24,191 bases of DNA from a bacterium (GTDB lineage: Bacteria > SAR324 > NAC60-12), in assembly GCA_965233585.1 (NCBI GenBank), contig CBDDTI010000051.1, forward strand, positions 1 to 24,191, in the 5' to 3' direction. Each line of letters begins with the position of its first letter. Position 1 is the stretch's first letter. A model generated the notes under the pieces. That model saw only the letters and a list, made by a program, of their open reading frames with translations, did not search any database and was not told the DNA's origin. Both the position numbers and the translations under genes were made by a program. Positions 22,831 to 24,191 of the stretch are shown here, one piece after another.

Positions 22831-22987
22831 ATTGTTTTGGTTGCTTTTGCTTGCTAATATATGGACAAGATTATGCCGGATATTACAAGTGGGTGGTTGG
22901 CTATCTTGCATTTACTTTTGGTCCTGCTAGAGTCCCAGCACCAAAGGCATTGGCAGCCCTGTGAGCTTCGCGCGCACTGGGACTCAG

Positions 22988-23185
22988 GCGGGACCAATCG
23001 AGACGGAACTCGCAGTTGGTCGCTGGGTGAGAAGCCGGATGATCCGTGGAGACTTGTTCAGACCTCTTCCCCACAGCGCCTTTGTAGAAGTCACTCTCAC
23101 GCCTTTGCGCCTTTGGGAGAGTGACTTCGCAGCCTGGGGTCGAGAGCGCCCTGCGTGGCCGTCTGGGCTCGTTGAAGCGGTGAAG
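22988..23185 (+). CDS. Candidate isolated internal exon (66 aa), product unknown
   Basis: CTCAG|GCG acceptor and AAG|GTGCAT donor bound 198 nt, phase 0-0, GC-rich. Encodes AGPIETELAVGRWVRSRMIRGDLFRPLPHSAFVEVTLTPLRLWESDFAAWGRERPAWPSGLVEAVK. Confidence 0.6.
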
Positions 23186-23279
23186 GTGCATAAGTCCCAG
23201 GTCGAGTGGGCTTGTTCTGTCTTTGCAGATAGTCCGCCCCCACTCTCTGCAATCCGGCATTTATATTCTCATCCATGCT

Positions 23280-24095
<816 letters not shown>

Positions 24096-24191
24096 ATTAA
24101 ATGGAATTGATTTTTTTGAAATTAATTTAAAAAAATGTTTTTTCTAAAACTAATTGCTTTATCTATACACAGTTTTTGCCATATTTTTCCG

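Overview
Eukaryotic, repeat-dominated genomic DNA, most likely from a Symbiodiniaceae dinoflagellate. This is an inference from recognisable repeat styles, AG|G-type short exon candidates and DinoSL-like relics. Most six-frame ORFs are artefacts of mini/microsatellites. The window contains: a 568-bp direct repeat pair (212-779 / 1235-1802); a TIR/TSD-bounded non-autonomous DNA transposon (2747-4150) that keeps an IS1595/Merlin-like transposase C-terminus fused to a 44-bp minisatellite; two interspersed elements with Helentron/DINE-1 (HINE)-like terminal architecture (about 6196-8022 and 10866-11626); one convincing intronless gene for a secreted Cys-rich protein (12475-13329); and further decaying repeat families (14750-17560). 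The most striking feature is a ~5.3-kb domain of about 11% GC (17580-22830). In it nearly all surviving C are in TpC and surviving G in GpA, and internal duplicates show G>A/C>T erosion. This looks like a RIP-like, TpC-sparing hypermutation of repeats, although a sequencing/assembly artefact must be excluded. An intact 198-nt exon-like island (22988-23185) sits at its edge.
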